This document shows positions 13,516-26,465 of a stretch of DNA of 64,000 nt, one piece after another. Below the pieces are notes generated by a model, which was not told the origin of the DNA, ran no database searches, and saw only the letters and a list, made by a program, of their open reading frames with translations. Both the position numbers and the translations under genes were made by a program. The stretch is taken from NCBI GenBank assembly GCA_950097015.1, contig CATNEN010000038.1, positions 25,916,001 through 25,980,000 on the forward strand, read 5' to 3'. How positions within the stretch are numbered: position 1 is the first letter of the stretch; each line of letters begins with the position of its first letter. This DNA comes from Macrostomum hystrix (taxonomy: Eukaryota; Animalia; Platyhelminthes).

Positions 13516-14259
13516 TGAGGCAGAGGAGTTATTTTTGTGAAAAGTCCATTTCGTTTGTAGTTCAAAACTAGTTCAAAAATGTAGAAGTGTTGAAATCGTA
13601 TAGTTTTTTATGAGCAGTACTGGCACTAAGCATAAGCTAGTGGACGAGTGGATTTAGTTTGTGATCGATCCTTTGCATAAAAGTTGCATTACAAAGAACT
13701 TGTTAATTGCAACACCGACTGCGAGAGCATGTCTAAATGTGTGGAAAGATAATACTGACTTAGTGATAGCTATGGCACCAAAATACATCATGTCAATGTC
13801 TGTCGCGGTGAAACGTTAAGCCTCGTGGGAAAATGGCTTCACTAGCTGATATGTTATCAATAATTCGCTGATCATTATGACATTGGTGATAATAATAATC
13901 TTGTTGCGTGTTTAGAAATATTTATGTAAATTTAGAAAAGTTTCTGCTTCCTATAGCAAATTCAAGAAGTTTAATATTAAATGTATGTGTCTCCGGCATG
14001 AGCTAGAACTAGGGCAGGAAGTGTTAATCATACAAAATATCGATTTTGATGCAACCACTAATCATAGCCAAAGGGTTGCTAGCAAAAAAAATGTTCAAAA
14101 ATTGATCTATTCCAACTTTCTTGCTTCTTTAGCGTGGCTGCTTAAAATTCGGTCATAATATTAAATTACACTTATGACCATTTTTCTCATCAAGAATCAC
14201 TTCGTCCTACTCTTTTTAAATATAGGGAGCAAATTTTCTTATTAAACCTGCCCAATCGA

Positions 14260-14400
14260 CAGCACAATCCCAGCAACTGTGCGGCACCTCTGAAGGCTGC
14301 GTATGGCTGTTCAGTCCATGGACTACCCTCAATTACCTTACCCCCTGCTAATGCTGCTACCTACCTGCTCGTATATAACACTTGGTAGTGATTTCCCTGC
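14260..14400 (-). mobile_element. SINE family B fragment
   Basis: Reverse complement of the shared motif AGTCCATGGACTGAACAGCC.TACGCAGCCTTCAGA. Confidence 0.65.
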
Positions 14401-15203
14401 TGTGATTCTAAAAGTACTTTTAAAATACCAGCTACAACAGTTCACATCAAATTAAATTGCTTTTGAGTTTGACCACTGAAATGAACTCTGCGAGGAACTA
14501 TTTGGATTTGATGGTAGCCTGAAAGATTGGAGCTGCGAGCAGTATGTTGGCAAAGATATCGGAAAAACTGGTCTGATAAGAACCTATACTACAGCGCGCG
14601 TGCAATAGAAAAAGCTACAGAACTCTGACTCGCTTGCCTAACGTTGAGATCCAATGATAAATGATGGATCTGCATTTACGTGTTAGCGAAAGGCACAAAT
14701 TTAGGCCGTACAAAGTTGCAAAACACTTTATAACGATATCGCCAAAGTGGAGTGCAAACAACTTATCAAGACTTAAACAAGTTGAATAAGTTAAGCCACA
14801 CAAACTAAACTCTCTGGATAACTTATGTAATGTGGCATATATAGAGCTTCCATGACAATTATATTTCCAAACTCAAACAGTACTCAAGCTGCTGGCAGAG
14901 CATTTAGCTCTCGCACTAAGGTTCTTGAGTTCAAGTCCGCGGCGAGGCCACATGGCGCGCATGATGGGGCGACATTTACTAATCAATGGGCGCACACTGC
15001 CTGGCAATAAAAAGTTTATGACAGATACAAAAATCTGTGCCACTGTGCGCTGGTGTAAATTAGTGAGACGCAAACGTGAGCTAGTGGGTCAGCGGGATCG
15101 GCTAAATTGTCTCGTTGCTGGTTGATGGGTGGACAGTGATTGGGATTTATTAGTTACTTTATAGTTAGAATAGCCAAGAGACGTCAGTCAAACCTGTACT
15201 CAG

Positions 15204-17009
15204 TCAAGCGTGAATCAGCTTCTCGTCGATAACTTCGGGCCGGACCTTTCGCTGCATAGTCTGCCTGTAGACCGTGTTAAAATTAGTCACAATGACTGGC
15301 ACAGGCAGGGCGATAGTCATGACTCCGGCGACAACGCAGATTCCACCGACCAGCTTGCCGCAGAGACTTCTCGGTACATAATCACCGTAGCCGACTGTGC
15401 ACATGCTGATTACGGCCCACCAGAACGAATCCGGTATGCTGCTGAACTGCAGTCGGTCGTTGCCCGACTCCGTGAAGTAAATCGCCGTAGAGAATAGCAC
15501 AATGCATGTGCTCAAGAAGAACATGAACATGGTCATCTCGCGGAAGCTCATGCGCAGAGTGCGGCCCAATATCTGCATGCCGGTCACGTATTTATGAAAT
15601 TTGAACACACGCAGCACGCGAAGGAAGCCGAACGCCTTTAGTAGATAGGAGCGTCGGTAGCACATCTGCTGATCTGGGCACTCTTCAGCGATGAACACCG
15701 CGGACACAATGAACGGCAGAACGCTAGCAATATCCAGCCAGTTAGTGAGCGAGTATAGCATAGTCTTGCGCGGATAAGGATAGGTGACGATGCGGACGAT
15801 GAACTCCACGGTGAACCAGACAACGCAGAGAGCCTCAAGTATGAAAATCCAGCTGAGCAGATGGGACCGCGGCATCCAGCCGATTGACGGTAGTTTGGTG
15901 GGACCCGGCTGATAGAGTGATCTAACACTGTGTCGACATCTGTCACTGTCGAAAGCGTCAGCAGGAACAGTCTCAATGCAGAACAGTACTATGCTCAGAA
16001 CAATGACTAGTAAGCTGAAAATCGAGACCAGTCGAGCAGTTGGCGATGACTCCGGATGCTCGAATGTGGCGTACAGTCGCGCTCGCAAGCTATGGCCGGC
16101 AACCCGCTTGACTGTACGCCTGGCGTAGCCCTCCGACAGTAGGAAGTCGCGAATGACCAACCGATCGAACTGGAAGAACCTCAGTTCATCGTAGAATATT
16201 TCCTCTGGTACCTCCTGCGGTCGGCGAAGCCGGCCGCCGGTTTGGTAGAAGTTCAAAATCGCCGGAAAAGATGGTCTATGACGATCGAAAAAATACTGGC
16301 AACGCGTTGCGTCCCAGTGGGCCAGTCGTTTCATTTCGTTACCTTTGAAATCGGGTTTGAGTTTCATGCCATTCGTGGCGCTACCTGAATTTTTGTTTAG
16401 GTTTTTGTTTAGGCCTAAAAGGCCACTACAGGGGGGCGCCACTACTGGGCGGGCGCCACTACCCGGGGGGGGCGATTAGGGGGGCCGCGCCCCCCATTGC
16501 CCCCCTGGCTACGCCCCGGATTTAATCGATAGAAAAGATCTCGACATTGACTGACCCGATCTTACAGTTGATATTATTTTACAACGTAAACTAAGGCACA
16601 CTTTAGGGCACAGTTACGTCATGAATGCTTGGGACATTCACATCGGAACATGGCCGATTTCAAGACAAAGTGCATGTATTCCGCTGCCAAAATAATCTAC
16701 ACCCCTCGTGTGAGCCGTCTGCGTTGCGTGCTCAGGGTCGGGTGAAAAATACATTCGAACATACGCTGTTACTGTACCTAGCAATGTGTCCGGGAAACGG
16801 TCGAGCGTTCTCAGCTGTGTTTCAAATAACTCGCCGGAGACATTGATCACCACACGCTGGCATCTCTCTCGAGTGCAGCTGTGCTCCAGCTGGTTAGCAT
16901 CCGTCTTGCACAGCAGAAGAGCAGTGCTACCTTGTGCCTGGCTTCTGAACTCGACCGGCCTTGAGCGGTGATCATCGTGATGATCGTAGCTTCGAAGGAA
17001 TGAGTGCAT
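15204..17009 (-). CDS. Shaker/Kv1-like voltage-gated K+ channel alpha subunit (~456 aa). Exons 17009-16778 and 16342-15204
   Basis: T1 domain ([27 protein letters not shown]...[10 protein letters not shown]), S1-S6, TVGYGD selectivity filter and PVP gate. A phase-1 GT-AG intron restores colinearity with the Shaker T1 sequence. Confidence 0.93.
16395..16520. mobile_element. GC-rich DNA-transposon/MITE-like end fragment in the Kv intron
   Basis: Ends in ...CCCCCTGGCTACGCCCC, a terminus typical of animal non-autonomous DNA elements; abrupt GC-rich block. Confidence 0.4.
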
Positions 17010-17227
17010 CCTATCTTGTACGAGCTGCACTTACCAGCTAAAAGTCTTGTGATCTCTCACTATTTCTCCTGCTCAAACCGTAGTTAGATGAGCCAGGAAA
17101 ATTTATTTTGGCGAATCAACTGTTGCTATGACCGACTGACGTTTTTTACTGACCAATTGCAAGGCATTCTGGTTATAGTGAGCAGCTGTGAGCAAAGTTA
17201 GCAAAGTGCTCATATTTCTATACAGTT

Positions 17228-17295
17228 AATGCGGCCCGCTGTCGTCTTTTAGGTTCTCTCCGTGGCCCGCACGCTAATAAGTTTGCCGACCCCTG
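17228..17295. mobile_element. hAT/Charlie-like terminal fragment
   Basis: GCGGCCCGC subterminal motifs followed by AGTTTGCCGACCCCTG (reverse complement CAGGGGTCGGCAAACT), typical of Charlie-type termini. The partner end was not found. Confidence 0.5.
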
Positions 17296-17702
17296 GTTTA
17301 CGTCACCTCCAGAGTAGACAAGCATTAATCCGTTTGACCAGCGGCATGTAGATAAATCAACAACCTTCACCCCTTCTAATTAGTGAATGTGTCGGGCGGT
17401 TAGACAACTGCAGTGTAAAGTTATCTCTATTATAAAATCAATACTAATTTCGCATTGTCACGTAGCCAGAGAGCAGTGTGGTAGTTGGCAAGCTTGATCA
17501 AGCCATCGAAGCTGCATAGGGAATACAGAGAGCTAAAGTTACTGATTAAAAATCTCATTTTAAAGGCAATGTAACTTAGCTGTCAGGTCCATGGACTGGA
17601 GGTTAGGACGCCACACCCACCATCAATTACACCCAGCTTAACAGTAGAACCACAGAATACACTGTGAGTATTCTGTGATTCTGTGTATTCTGTGAGTAGA
17701 AC

Positions 17703-18224
17703 TACCAAGGGGGGGGGGAATTCCCCCCCCCCGACAATTTTTTGCTGCACCCGAACGGAACAATGCAAGCACACGAAACTCAAGAACACGGGCCAACTAT
17801 TTGTTGCGCATCTTCTGAAACAAGAAACAAGTCGCCAGCTCTTCAGACCGTCGAGATATTCAATGTTTCTGGCCGAAGGTCCGATTTTTCCCATACACGA
17901 ATTTGCACTGCGCCTCAGTGCGGCCTTGCAAGGCCTTCAAAATTGATCAGCATGTCACCCGAATGTGCTTGCATCATCTTTGGTGGTCACCTACCTTTAT
18001 CTAGACGGACTGCGGGACCTTCAAATGCAAAAAATGTGAAAATAGGCCACTCTGGACACCCTGACGCGAATTTCTAAAATTTCACTGCTGAAGCCTAAAT
18101 ATTAGGCGCAGCTCAACCACAGTACACCATCGCCTAGTCTGTCAACCAATCAGTCACCACCCTACGCGGTTAGCTTTCAGGCGCTGCCAAAAATGTTCTC
18201 AGGGGGGAACCCCCCCCCTTGGTA
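17703..18224. mobile_element. Putative MITE (~520 bp) with G/C-tract terminal inverted repeats
   Basis: Left end TACCAAGGGGGGG...TTCCCCCC and right end GGGGGGAACCCCCCCCCTTGGTA are inverted; TA at both outer ends. Confidence 0.55.
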
Positions 18225-19884
18225 TTAAAACGGGTGGCAAAATGGCTTGGTAAGTCCTACTGTTAATGCTGGTATCCATCTGCTATCCACCTTTCACCCC
18301 GTCGAGAATCGATGAAGACCTCGACGATGCCGATGTCTATAAATTGACAAAGAGTTAACAACAGTAAATCTTGCCAAAATAAGGTTTATCGACAGGCTAA
18401 TTAACACAGCAAAACAGACGCATTTATTTGCGGTGCAAAGAGGTTTTTTACACAGAAAGAAATCAAAATTAAATGGCAATAGAAAAAAACTAGCTCGCGT
18501 ATTCGATAAAAGAAAAAGCTTGCCTTGTTTCGCAAGTGAAATTTAACTATACCGAAGCCTTGAAGCACTATTACAGGCCTTGCAATCATGAAATGGCAGA
18601 ATCAAAAAGCAGAATAAAAGAAGCAAGTTGAGAGCATCAAAAACATATTAGTTGAAATTTATTGCATGCGATGATACATAACAATTTTGCAACTAAAGCG
18701 GGAGTTGACTGAATATTTACAGTCCAATATATCATATTGGTTTTCAGCTACTACTTCAAACTAAGTAACTTCAATTTCGTCCGCGAGACCGGCCTGCCCC
18801 AGTTACGAGTAAATCAATTTCACAAAAAGTAACTACTATTACGTCTTGCATATTTTTCATCCGGCTTAAACATTTTTATAGGCCATGATGGGCCTGTACT
18901 TTCAATATATAGTTTTGAGTCTAAGGCATGACACCAAAGTGGGAGACAAACAACAAAAAGAGCTCGTATTGTCGCTCCAATAAGATTGGAGCTTCAAGAT
19001 CGGCTGGATGTGAAAGCGTCGGTGCTATCCAATTAGCTGAATTTTTACTGTGATTCTGTGCTATAGGGTCATAAATCTCTCGGAAGAATTATTATAATTA
19101 CATTATAATAAGTGCTCAGAAGTCATTTTAGTTTACTTTTACTTTAATAATTAGCAAATAAATTTAGTATTTGACGCTGTAAAAGTTTTTCAAAGTCTGC
19201 AAAACAACCACGACAAAGTGATTAAATTTAACTGGAATCAGTACAATATCGATCGAACGGCTAAGAGGCGGTTAAAATTAAACTCAACTGATAATATGCT
19301 GCCAAAAATAGTTCACAAATGATGCTCACAGCAATCACTGGCTGCGAAAGGCCAGGGGCTGCCAGGGGTGACTAAAGGGTGACCACGATTTCGATTTAGC
19401 ATAGAAATGTGATAAAATTAACGACAAACAATTCAGCACATACGGAACATTATTAACATTATGCTGCATCTTACCTTTCGTAAATATGGCCGTAGAGGAC
19501 TATTATCTTACACTTGTTTCTTAACACAGTGTCTCTTTTTTTCTGTCAAAAAGAAGTAGAACAACAAAAAAAGCTAGCTTTTAAAAAAACATTTTTTACA
19601 GGAGAAAACAGCTGCAATAAAAAAACAGGCACTATGAATCTTTGACTCGAAATAAAAAAAGAACGATTGAATACCGAAAGGTCGTAGACACGAATTGCGT
19701 AACAGGAAAACAGATTTGGTGAATTCTGCATTGAGGCATATTAAAGACTTATTAAGACTATAGATAGGGAAAACGAGTTGATGTGAGCAAAATGATCAAT
19801 TTTACCGAGATGAATAATGGAAGCAAAAATTGAAAACCAAGAAATATGTATTATGTAAAAACAATGGGTCATTGATAGGACGCG

Positions 19885-20500
19885 GAACAGGTGGCAGATA
19901 AAGGGAGGGAACAGGTGACAATGGTAGGGAAAAGGTGAGAATGGTAGGGAACAGGTGAGAATGAAAAGAAACAGGTGATAATGGTAGGGAACAGGTGATA
20001 ATGGTAGGGAACAGGTGATAATGGTAGGGAAAAGGTGAGAATGGTAGGGAACAGGTGAGAATTGTAGGGAACAGGTGAGAACGAAAAGAAACGGGTGATA
20101 ATGGTAGGGAACAGGTGATAATGGTAGGGAAAAGGTGAGAATGGTAGGGAACAGGTGAGAATTGTAGGGAACAGGTGAGAACGAAAAGAAACAGGTGAGA
20201 ATGGTAGGGAACAGGTGAGAACGAAAAGAAACAGGTGAGAATGGTAGGGAACAGGTGATAATGGTAGGGAACAGGTGAGAACGAAAAGAAACAGGTGAGA
20301 ATGGTAGGGAACAGGTGATAATGGTAGGGAACAGGTGATAATGGTAGGGAACAGGTGATAATGGTAGGGAAAAGGTGATAATGGTAGGGAAAAGGTGATA
20401 ATGGTAGGGAACAGGTGATAATGGTAGGGAACAGGTGAGAATTGCAGGGAACAGGTGAGAACGAAAAAGAAACAGGTGAGAATGGTAGGGAACAGGTGTA
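19885..20500 (+). repeat. 20-bp minisatellite ATGGTAGGGAACAGGTGA(T/G)A with an ACGAAAAGAA variant
   Basis: About 30 visible units, purine-rich on the + strand. Confidence 0.95.
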
Positions 20501-20685
20501 GCTTGCAAAAAATGAGAAACAAGCAACTAGAAGAGGCCAAAAACTTCAGAGTAGAGAATAGCGCAGCAACAGTTGAGCAATTTCAGCTGAAGGAGATGAA
20601 ACAAGAAAGCAAGCAGGCTAAGCAAAGCAAATATTTACAAGCGTAAAAAATACAAAAGCATGAAAAAATCAGGTGAATCAGGCAA

Positions 20686-23600
20686 TCAGGCAGACTCATC
20701 AACTAATCCAACACTGCCTGGTGGGTACAGGCTCAACAGGCTTTTCGGCGCGTAGCCTTCAGCCGCAGCCTGACGGTCCGAGCACCAGAACCAATCCGGT
20801 TCGTCCTGATCGCTGCGTCTCAGCACAGTCAGCTGGGAGCCGCGCTTCAAAGTCAACTCGTCCGCGGCTGCAGGGCTCGGCTGGAAATCGTGAACAGCAT
20901 AAACTAGGCCGCCATTTTCAACGCCCAGTTTATCGGCTTCGTCGCGCAGAAATCGTTCAACGGAGCCGCCCTCCTGGCACAGCGCCAGTGGTGTTTCAAA
21001 GTCGGCTCTAGTAGCGCAATAGACTGCGGCGCCAGATTTCACTAGCAGCTGTGTGAGAGCCAAGTGGTTGCATGAAACCGAGCAGTGCAGCGGTGTCCAA
21101 CCGTCGATGTCTGGCGAGTTGACATCGGCGCCCAGACTGATGAGCAGTCTGACGCACTCAGTGTGTCCGGCGCAAACCGCATTGTGCATAGCTGTGATTC
21201 CCTCCTCGTTGCCAGCCGACAGGTCGACTGAGGCGGCGGCGCAGGCACGGATTTGATCCGGGTCACCTGGATTCAGCGGGAGATTTTGCGGTGTGAATAA
21301 TCGAGCTTCGGACCTTAGCTGAGTTCAGTTCACGGGGGGCTCTGGCAGAGGGGTCTAACACGTTTGCCTGTCACGCCAAGGTCCCTGGGCTCGATTCCGC
21401 AGCGAGGCCAAATTGATTTGGGGCGCAGCCGCGGAGAGAAGGCTTGGGGGCTTGTCGTGCAATTGACACCCTTGAGGGCCAACCTCCAAGGCACAGTGAG
21501 AGTGTACACTGCCTGACGATGAGAAAGTCAGAGCAGATGTGCAACCCTGCGTACGGTATCTCTGTTGCGCATGTGTTCAGGAGTACACAGGAATGGACAG
21601 AAATGACTTTTGTCCCTATCTAAAAATTGTCTAGTGATGTCAAATGGTGAAGCCAAATGATGTACCATTGCCCGGAGCCATTCTGAAATGATTAGTATGA
21701 TTGTTTTTCTTCAGGGCGTCGGACTAACGACTTGAAGCTCCGGGTTCGATTCTCGACTCTACTGGAACAATTTGGGCTTCTTTTAGCAAGACAATTAACT
21801 TTGCATTGATTAAGTCTCTCTAAACGAGCTCTTAAATGGGTAACAGCATTAGCTGGGGTAATGGAGGGACGGTGTGGCGTCTCCCCAGTGCATGGACTGA
21901 ACAGCCGTACGCAGCCAACAAATGCTCAGCGGAATAGCTGCGGCTGTGCTGTCAAGATTGTAAAAAAATAGAAAAGAGAGAATTTGACGATCAGGTTTTG
22001 TGACAGTTGACTTTGAGGATCAACAGGGCCTGACAGTTGTCTTTGAGGATCAACAGGGCCTGACAGTTGTCTTTGAGGATCAACAGGGCCTGACAGTTGT
22101 CTTTGAGGATCAACAGGGCCTGACAGTTGTCTTTGAGGATCAACAGGGCCTGACAGTTGTCTTTGAGGATCAACAGGGCCTGACAGTTGTCTTTGAGGAT
22201 CAACAGGGCCTGACAGTTGTCTTTGAGGATCAACAAGGTCTGACAGTTGACTTTGAGGATCAACAAGGTCTGACAGTTGACTTTGATGACTGGGGAGAGT
22301 CTGACAGTTGATTTAAGTAGTCAATTAAAGTTTATCACCTTCCATAGCAGCGTCCAGTAGGACGGTGAGTGGCGCGAAGGTAACAGAACGATCGGCTTTA
22401 CTGAGTTTCTTATCAGGTTGAGTAGGTGCAGCTGGTTGAATTTTATTGCCAGCAACTGACAGAGGGGATAATGCTTTAGCTGCAGAATCAACCGCAGCTG
22501 AGGACTCGTCAGGACTGGCCTGTTTGTCCGCCAGTTTATCGGCATTACTGTGAGTAGTGCCAGCAGCGGCGGAGCCATCAGGTACTGGCGATTCTAATGC
22601 AGCTGTCAGATTGGTTTCATCGTCGTCAGGCTTGGCGATTGGCGCCCGCCAGCCAATGGGAGCACCGGGTGGATCCTGCACAACCACCAGCGAGCGACGC
22701 TTCTCCTCCGGTTGGGCGGATGCCTCGCGACGAATCAGGTCTTCGATGCCATCCGACGAGAGCGACACCGCGGCTGCTTGCTGCTGCTGCTGCTGTTGCT
22801 GCCTCTCCTGCTGCTCTCTGGCAGCTGCGGCTTCGTAGGCTAGCCTGGCGGCCTCTCTATATCGTTGGGCTGTGGCGGCGGCCGCCTCGGCTGGGAGCTG
22901 ACCGCTGCGACGACACGTGCTGGCGATGATGACGTGCCTTGGCGCGTGACGCCTGTGCCACTGGGTTGGCGGACTCGGCGGCCGTTCGGCTAGGACTGCA
23001 GTCTCACCGTCGGCAGCTGATGATGGCAAAGCAGTATTAGTGGTGTTAGATGCGGCTGCTGCCGCGGCTGCAGCTTTCAAGCGAAGCTGCTCGGATTGGT
23101 GGCGTCGTTGTAGGACAGCTTCGCGTAGGCGAGCCAGACGCGAGTCCGGACTGGGTAGGGTCGGGTGCGACTTGGACTGAAGCTGCTGCTGCTGCTGTGA
23201 CGGGGAAAAGCGTTGAAATTGGCTAGTCGGTTGCTGCTGCTGCTGCTGTGTGTAAAGATGTAGGGAACCAATGCAGAATAATAATTTTATTTACAAGTTA
23301 GAGTTACAGATTTCTTAACGAGAGGTAAGACACTCGACTCCCTAATGCCCCTTCCCTAAATTTAAGTTCCTGTGGCGTCCAACTAGTCCATGGACTGAAC
23401 AGTAGTACACAGCGTTTAGAAGCGCCTTGCAAAAGCTGCGACCGTGCCACTGGGTGCACACCTGGTCTATACTGGGGTTAGGCCACGTTAGAGAAGTTGT
23501 TAACAAAGTGTTGAAGGAGAAAGTACAGATGACAGCATTGACAACTAACCTGCTTCAACCAATTGAGTTTGAGAACAAGTCAATTTTATGCAGAGAAACT

Positions 23601-25211
23601 TGCAGGTTAGACTGATTATTCACTTACGCCATGAAGCCCAAGCTCTTGAATATCTACGTGTTGCTTTTTCTTTTTGAAATCTAGCTATTTCACTGATAAG
23701 CTAAATGGCAAATTTTGTTGCGCAGGGTGAATTGTGCCCAATGCGCAATATGATAGTGTTTGGCTCGGATCTTTATATCTAATTATATCTACGCGTAACT
23801 AAAAAAAATTATGACGTAAAGAAAATGTTTATCATTTGTCAATAGCAAGTTGAGCATATCTGAGCAAACAATTATCTGTGCTCAATACTAAACAATGCTA
23901 TGAATAACTTTTTGTCCTGAAATTCCCGAAACATACACTTTTCCCATTTAATATCAACACACCTTATATTCAATTTAGACAACTTGATCCTTTGAGGATC
24001 AAGAATGGCCTGACAGTTGCCTTTGAGGATCAAGAATGGCCTGACAGTTGCCTTTGAGGATCAAGAATGGCCTGACAGTTGCCTTAGAGGATCAAGAATG
24101 GCCTGACACGTGCCTTAGAGGATCAAGAATGGCCTGACAGTTGCCTTAGAGGATCAAGAATGGCCTGACAGTTGCCTTAGAGGATCAAGAATGGCCTGAC
24201 AGTTGCCTTAGAGGATCAAGAATGGCCTGACAGGTGCCTTTGAGGATCAAGAATGGCCTGACAGGTGCCTTTGAGGATCAAGAATGGCCTGACAGGTGCC
24301 TTTGAGGATCAAGAATGGCCTGACAGGTGCCTTTGAGGATCAAGAATGATCCGACAGTTGCCTTCGAGGATTTGAGACCCAGATTTTTGTCTATCGTAAA
24401 ATCTCTGGTTCTGACGCAAAACTCACATTCTGAAATGACGGGCCTCATTCTATTTAGTCTATGGGGAAAACTCAATGAGTTTGCTGACTCTGTTTATTAA
24501 AAGGAGATATTTAATGTTAAGTCATATCTAAAAAGAATAGTGGCTGTCTAATAGATAAACAAAAGACGAGGAAGTATCTGAATAGAATAATGACTTGAAA
24601 TCAGTTGAAATCGAATATTTGAACGCTAGTCTTAAAATACACTGTCGAAAATGAGAATTGAGTTGTCTAAATGAAATATCAAGTGTGTTAAAATTAAAAG
24701 GGAAAATGTGCATTAGTCTTTATTATTCGGAATTTTCTGAAAAGTTAAACTCGACGTCGATCTAAAACTTAACATTTCAGTTCAGATCTTTCTAAGGACT
24801 CACAGCCAAAGCCAGCTGTCTCAAGACCTCGACCCGGTGATCCAGCGCTGTCAATTCCTCTGTACGGCGCTGATAAGCCTCCCTGGCCTGGGCTAATTGA
24901 GCAGCCAGTTGAGCATTAACTAGGCGATATTCCTCCAATTGACGGCGCTGCAAACGCAGCCGACTTAGTCGCGCATCTCGATCCTCCACCGCGGCAGCCA
25001 AGCCAGCATCGCGGCTGCCAACGCCGCCGTCTTTTCGCAGTCTGGACAGAGCCAGTTGACGATGCCGGAGGTCATTTAACTGGGCATCTATTCTAGCCTG
25101 CTGACGGGCGGCAATGTCACGAAGTTCTGCTATAGATATCTCCGTGACTGAGCTAACAGAGCTGCCGCCGCCGCCACTGTTGCCGTTAACGACAGGAGAA
25201 ACTAAACTCAT
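20686..25211 (-). CDS. ASPP / PPP1R13-like protein (coiled coil, RVxF-type motif, ankyrin repeats, SH3), ~631 aa. Exons 25211-24804, 23245-22339 and 21266-20686
   Basis: ISIAELRDIAARQQARIDAQ matches the ASPP helical region; RSVTF PP1-docking motif; LLDAAMEG...NEEGITAMHNAVCAGH...DGWTPLHC ankyrins; C-terminal SH3 (ELTL...DWFW...EGYAP). Splice phases are consistent (1,896 nt). Confidence 0.9.
21334..21600 (+). mobile_element. SINE family A copy (ASPP intron)
   Basis: A-box TGGCAGAGGGG, B-box GGCTCGATTCC and the family body motifs. Confidence 0.85.
21715..21950 (+). mobile_element. SINE family B copy
   Basis: B-box GGTTCGATTC, TTTAGCAAGACAATTAAC, AGCATTAGCTGGGGTAA and CATGGACTGAACAGCCGTACGCAGCC. 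Confidence 0.75.
22001..22310 (+). repeat. 30-bp minisatellite TGACAGTTGTCTTTGAGGATCAACAGGGCC (~9.5 copies)
   Basis: Near-perfect tandem units in the ASPP 3' intron. Confidence 0.95.
23990..24372 (+). repeat. 31-bp minisatellite TTTGAGGATCAAGAATGGCCTGACAGTTGCC (~12 copies), related to the 30-bp array
   Basis: Tandem units sharing TTTGAGGATCAA and GGCCTGACAGTTG with 22001-22310. Confidence 0.95.
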
Positions 25212-25329
25212 CAAAAAGGAAGCTTTAACTAATTACAAAGCAATTTTAGAGTCTTGACTTGATCTTGTCCTTATCTTCCGTCTTGTTATCTAACTGGTTG
25301 ATGTATGCTTTCTGACGTTTGTACTTTTC

Positions 25330-25800
25330 TCTTCAGGTCTGTTGATTTCTTTCAGGTCAATGTGTTTCACTTCAGGTCCGTATATTGCTCTTCAGGCCTC
25401 TGTGTTTCACTTCAGGTCAATTTGTTTTACTTCAGGTCAATGTGTTTCACTTCAGGTCAATGTGTTTTACTTCAGGTCCGTGTATTGCTCTTAAGGTCCG
25501 TGTGTTTCACTTCAGGTGCTTTTCTTTTACTTCTGTTCCGTGGGTTTAACTTCAGGTCCGTGTGTTTAACTTCAGGTCCGTGTGTTTAACTTCAGTTCAG
25601 TGTGTTTAACTTCAGGTCCGTGTGTTTAACTTCAGGTCCATGTGTTTAACTTCAGTTCAGTGTGTTTAACTTCAGGTCCGTGTGTTTAACTTCAGGTCCG
25701 TGTGTTTAACTTCAGGTCCGTGTATTTAACTTCAGTTCCGTGTGTATAACTTCAGGTCCGTGCGTTTCACGTCAGGCCTGTGTATTTCACTTGAGGTTTG
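25330..25800 (+). repeat. 20-bp minisatellite TTCAGGTCCGTGTGTTTAAC
   Basis: About 23 units with degenerate edges. Confidence 0.92.
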
Positions 25801-26465
25801 TGGTTTTTAGATCGGTCTATTTATTGTATTATCATTCCGCTAGCCGCGCGATATTTGCCGACATGATTTAACCAATGGCTACTAAATTTGCCATCTTTTG
25901 GCGAAGTTTAAAAGCTGTAATGAGGAAAAAAATGTTTACCGATGAACAAAAAATTACTGAAATACATTTAATTGATAATTAATTAAGAAAAAAATGCATT
26001 GGCAGATAATAAGCAAAATAATCTGCGTAGTAGCTCGCTATTCGACTTTTTTACTTTTAGATTTTGCGCAGAAACTTCAATACTATAGAACTCATAAACT
26101 GCAACTAACCTTCTATAATAGTGTAAATAACAATGCATACGTGCCTACTACCCTTATAGTTGCAATCTAGCTAGCTATTGCAATGTAGCCAATCTTTTGT
26201 GCCTAAGCAGAAGAAAAATAAATTATTTACAGCACACTGATTCGAGACACTGGATATACCAGCTACACAAAACTTAGTGCCTGACTCACTAAGTGCATTG
26301 TAATGACTAGCGAAATGGCTGATTATAAACGAGAAAACTGGCTGGGTAACTAGCAGTTATAATAACACGGGTAATCACCTACTGTATTTATATACCAGCA
26401 AAAGGACGCGTATAAGAAGCTATAAACCATACTGGTAGCTAACCACAGCAATGCGCTGCGGTTAA

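Noticed and set aside
16343-16442. N-terminus of the 412-aa Kv ORF as listed in the ORF track
   Set aside because: Intronic read-through; the real T1 start is in the upstream exon.
19741-20540. Long ORFs over minisatellites (also 21991-22311, 26693-28455, 32787-33602, 34151-34669, 39329-39544 and 61608-61904)
   Set aside because: They are stop-free only because of repeat composition, and have no splice or homology support.
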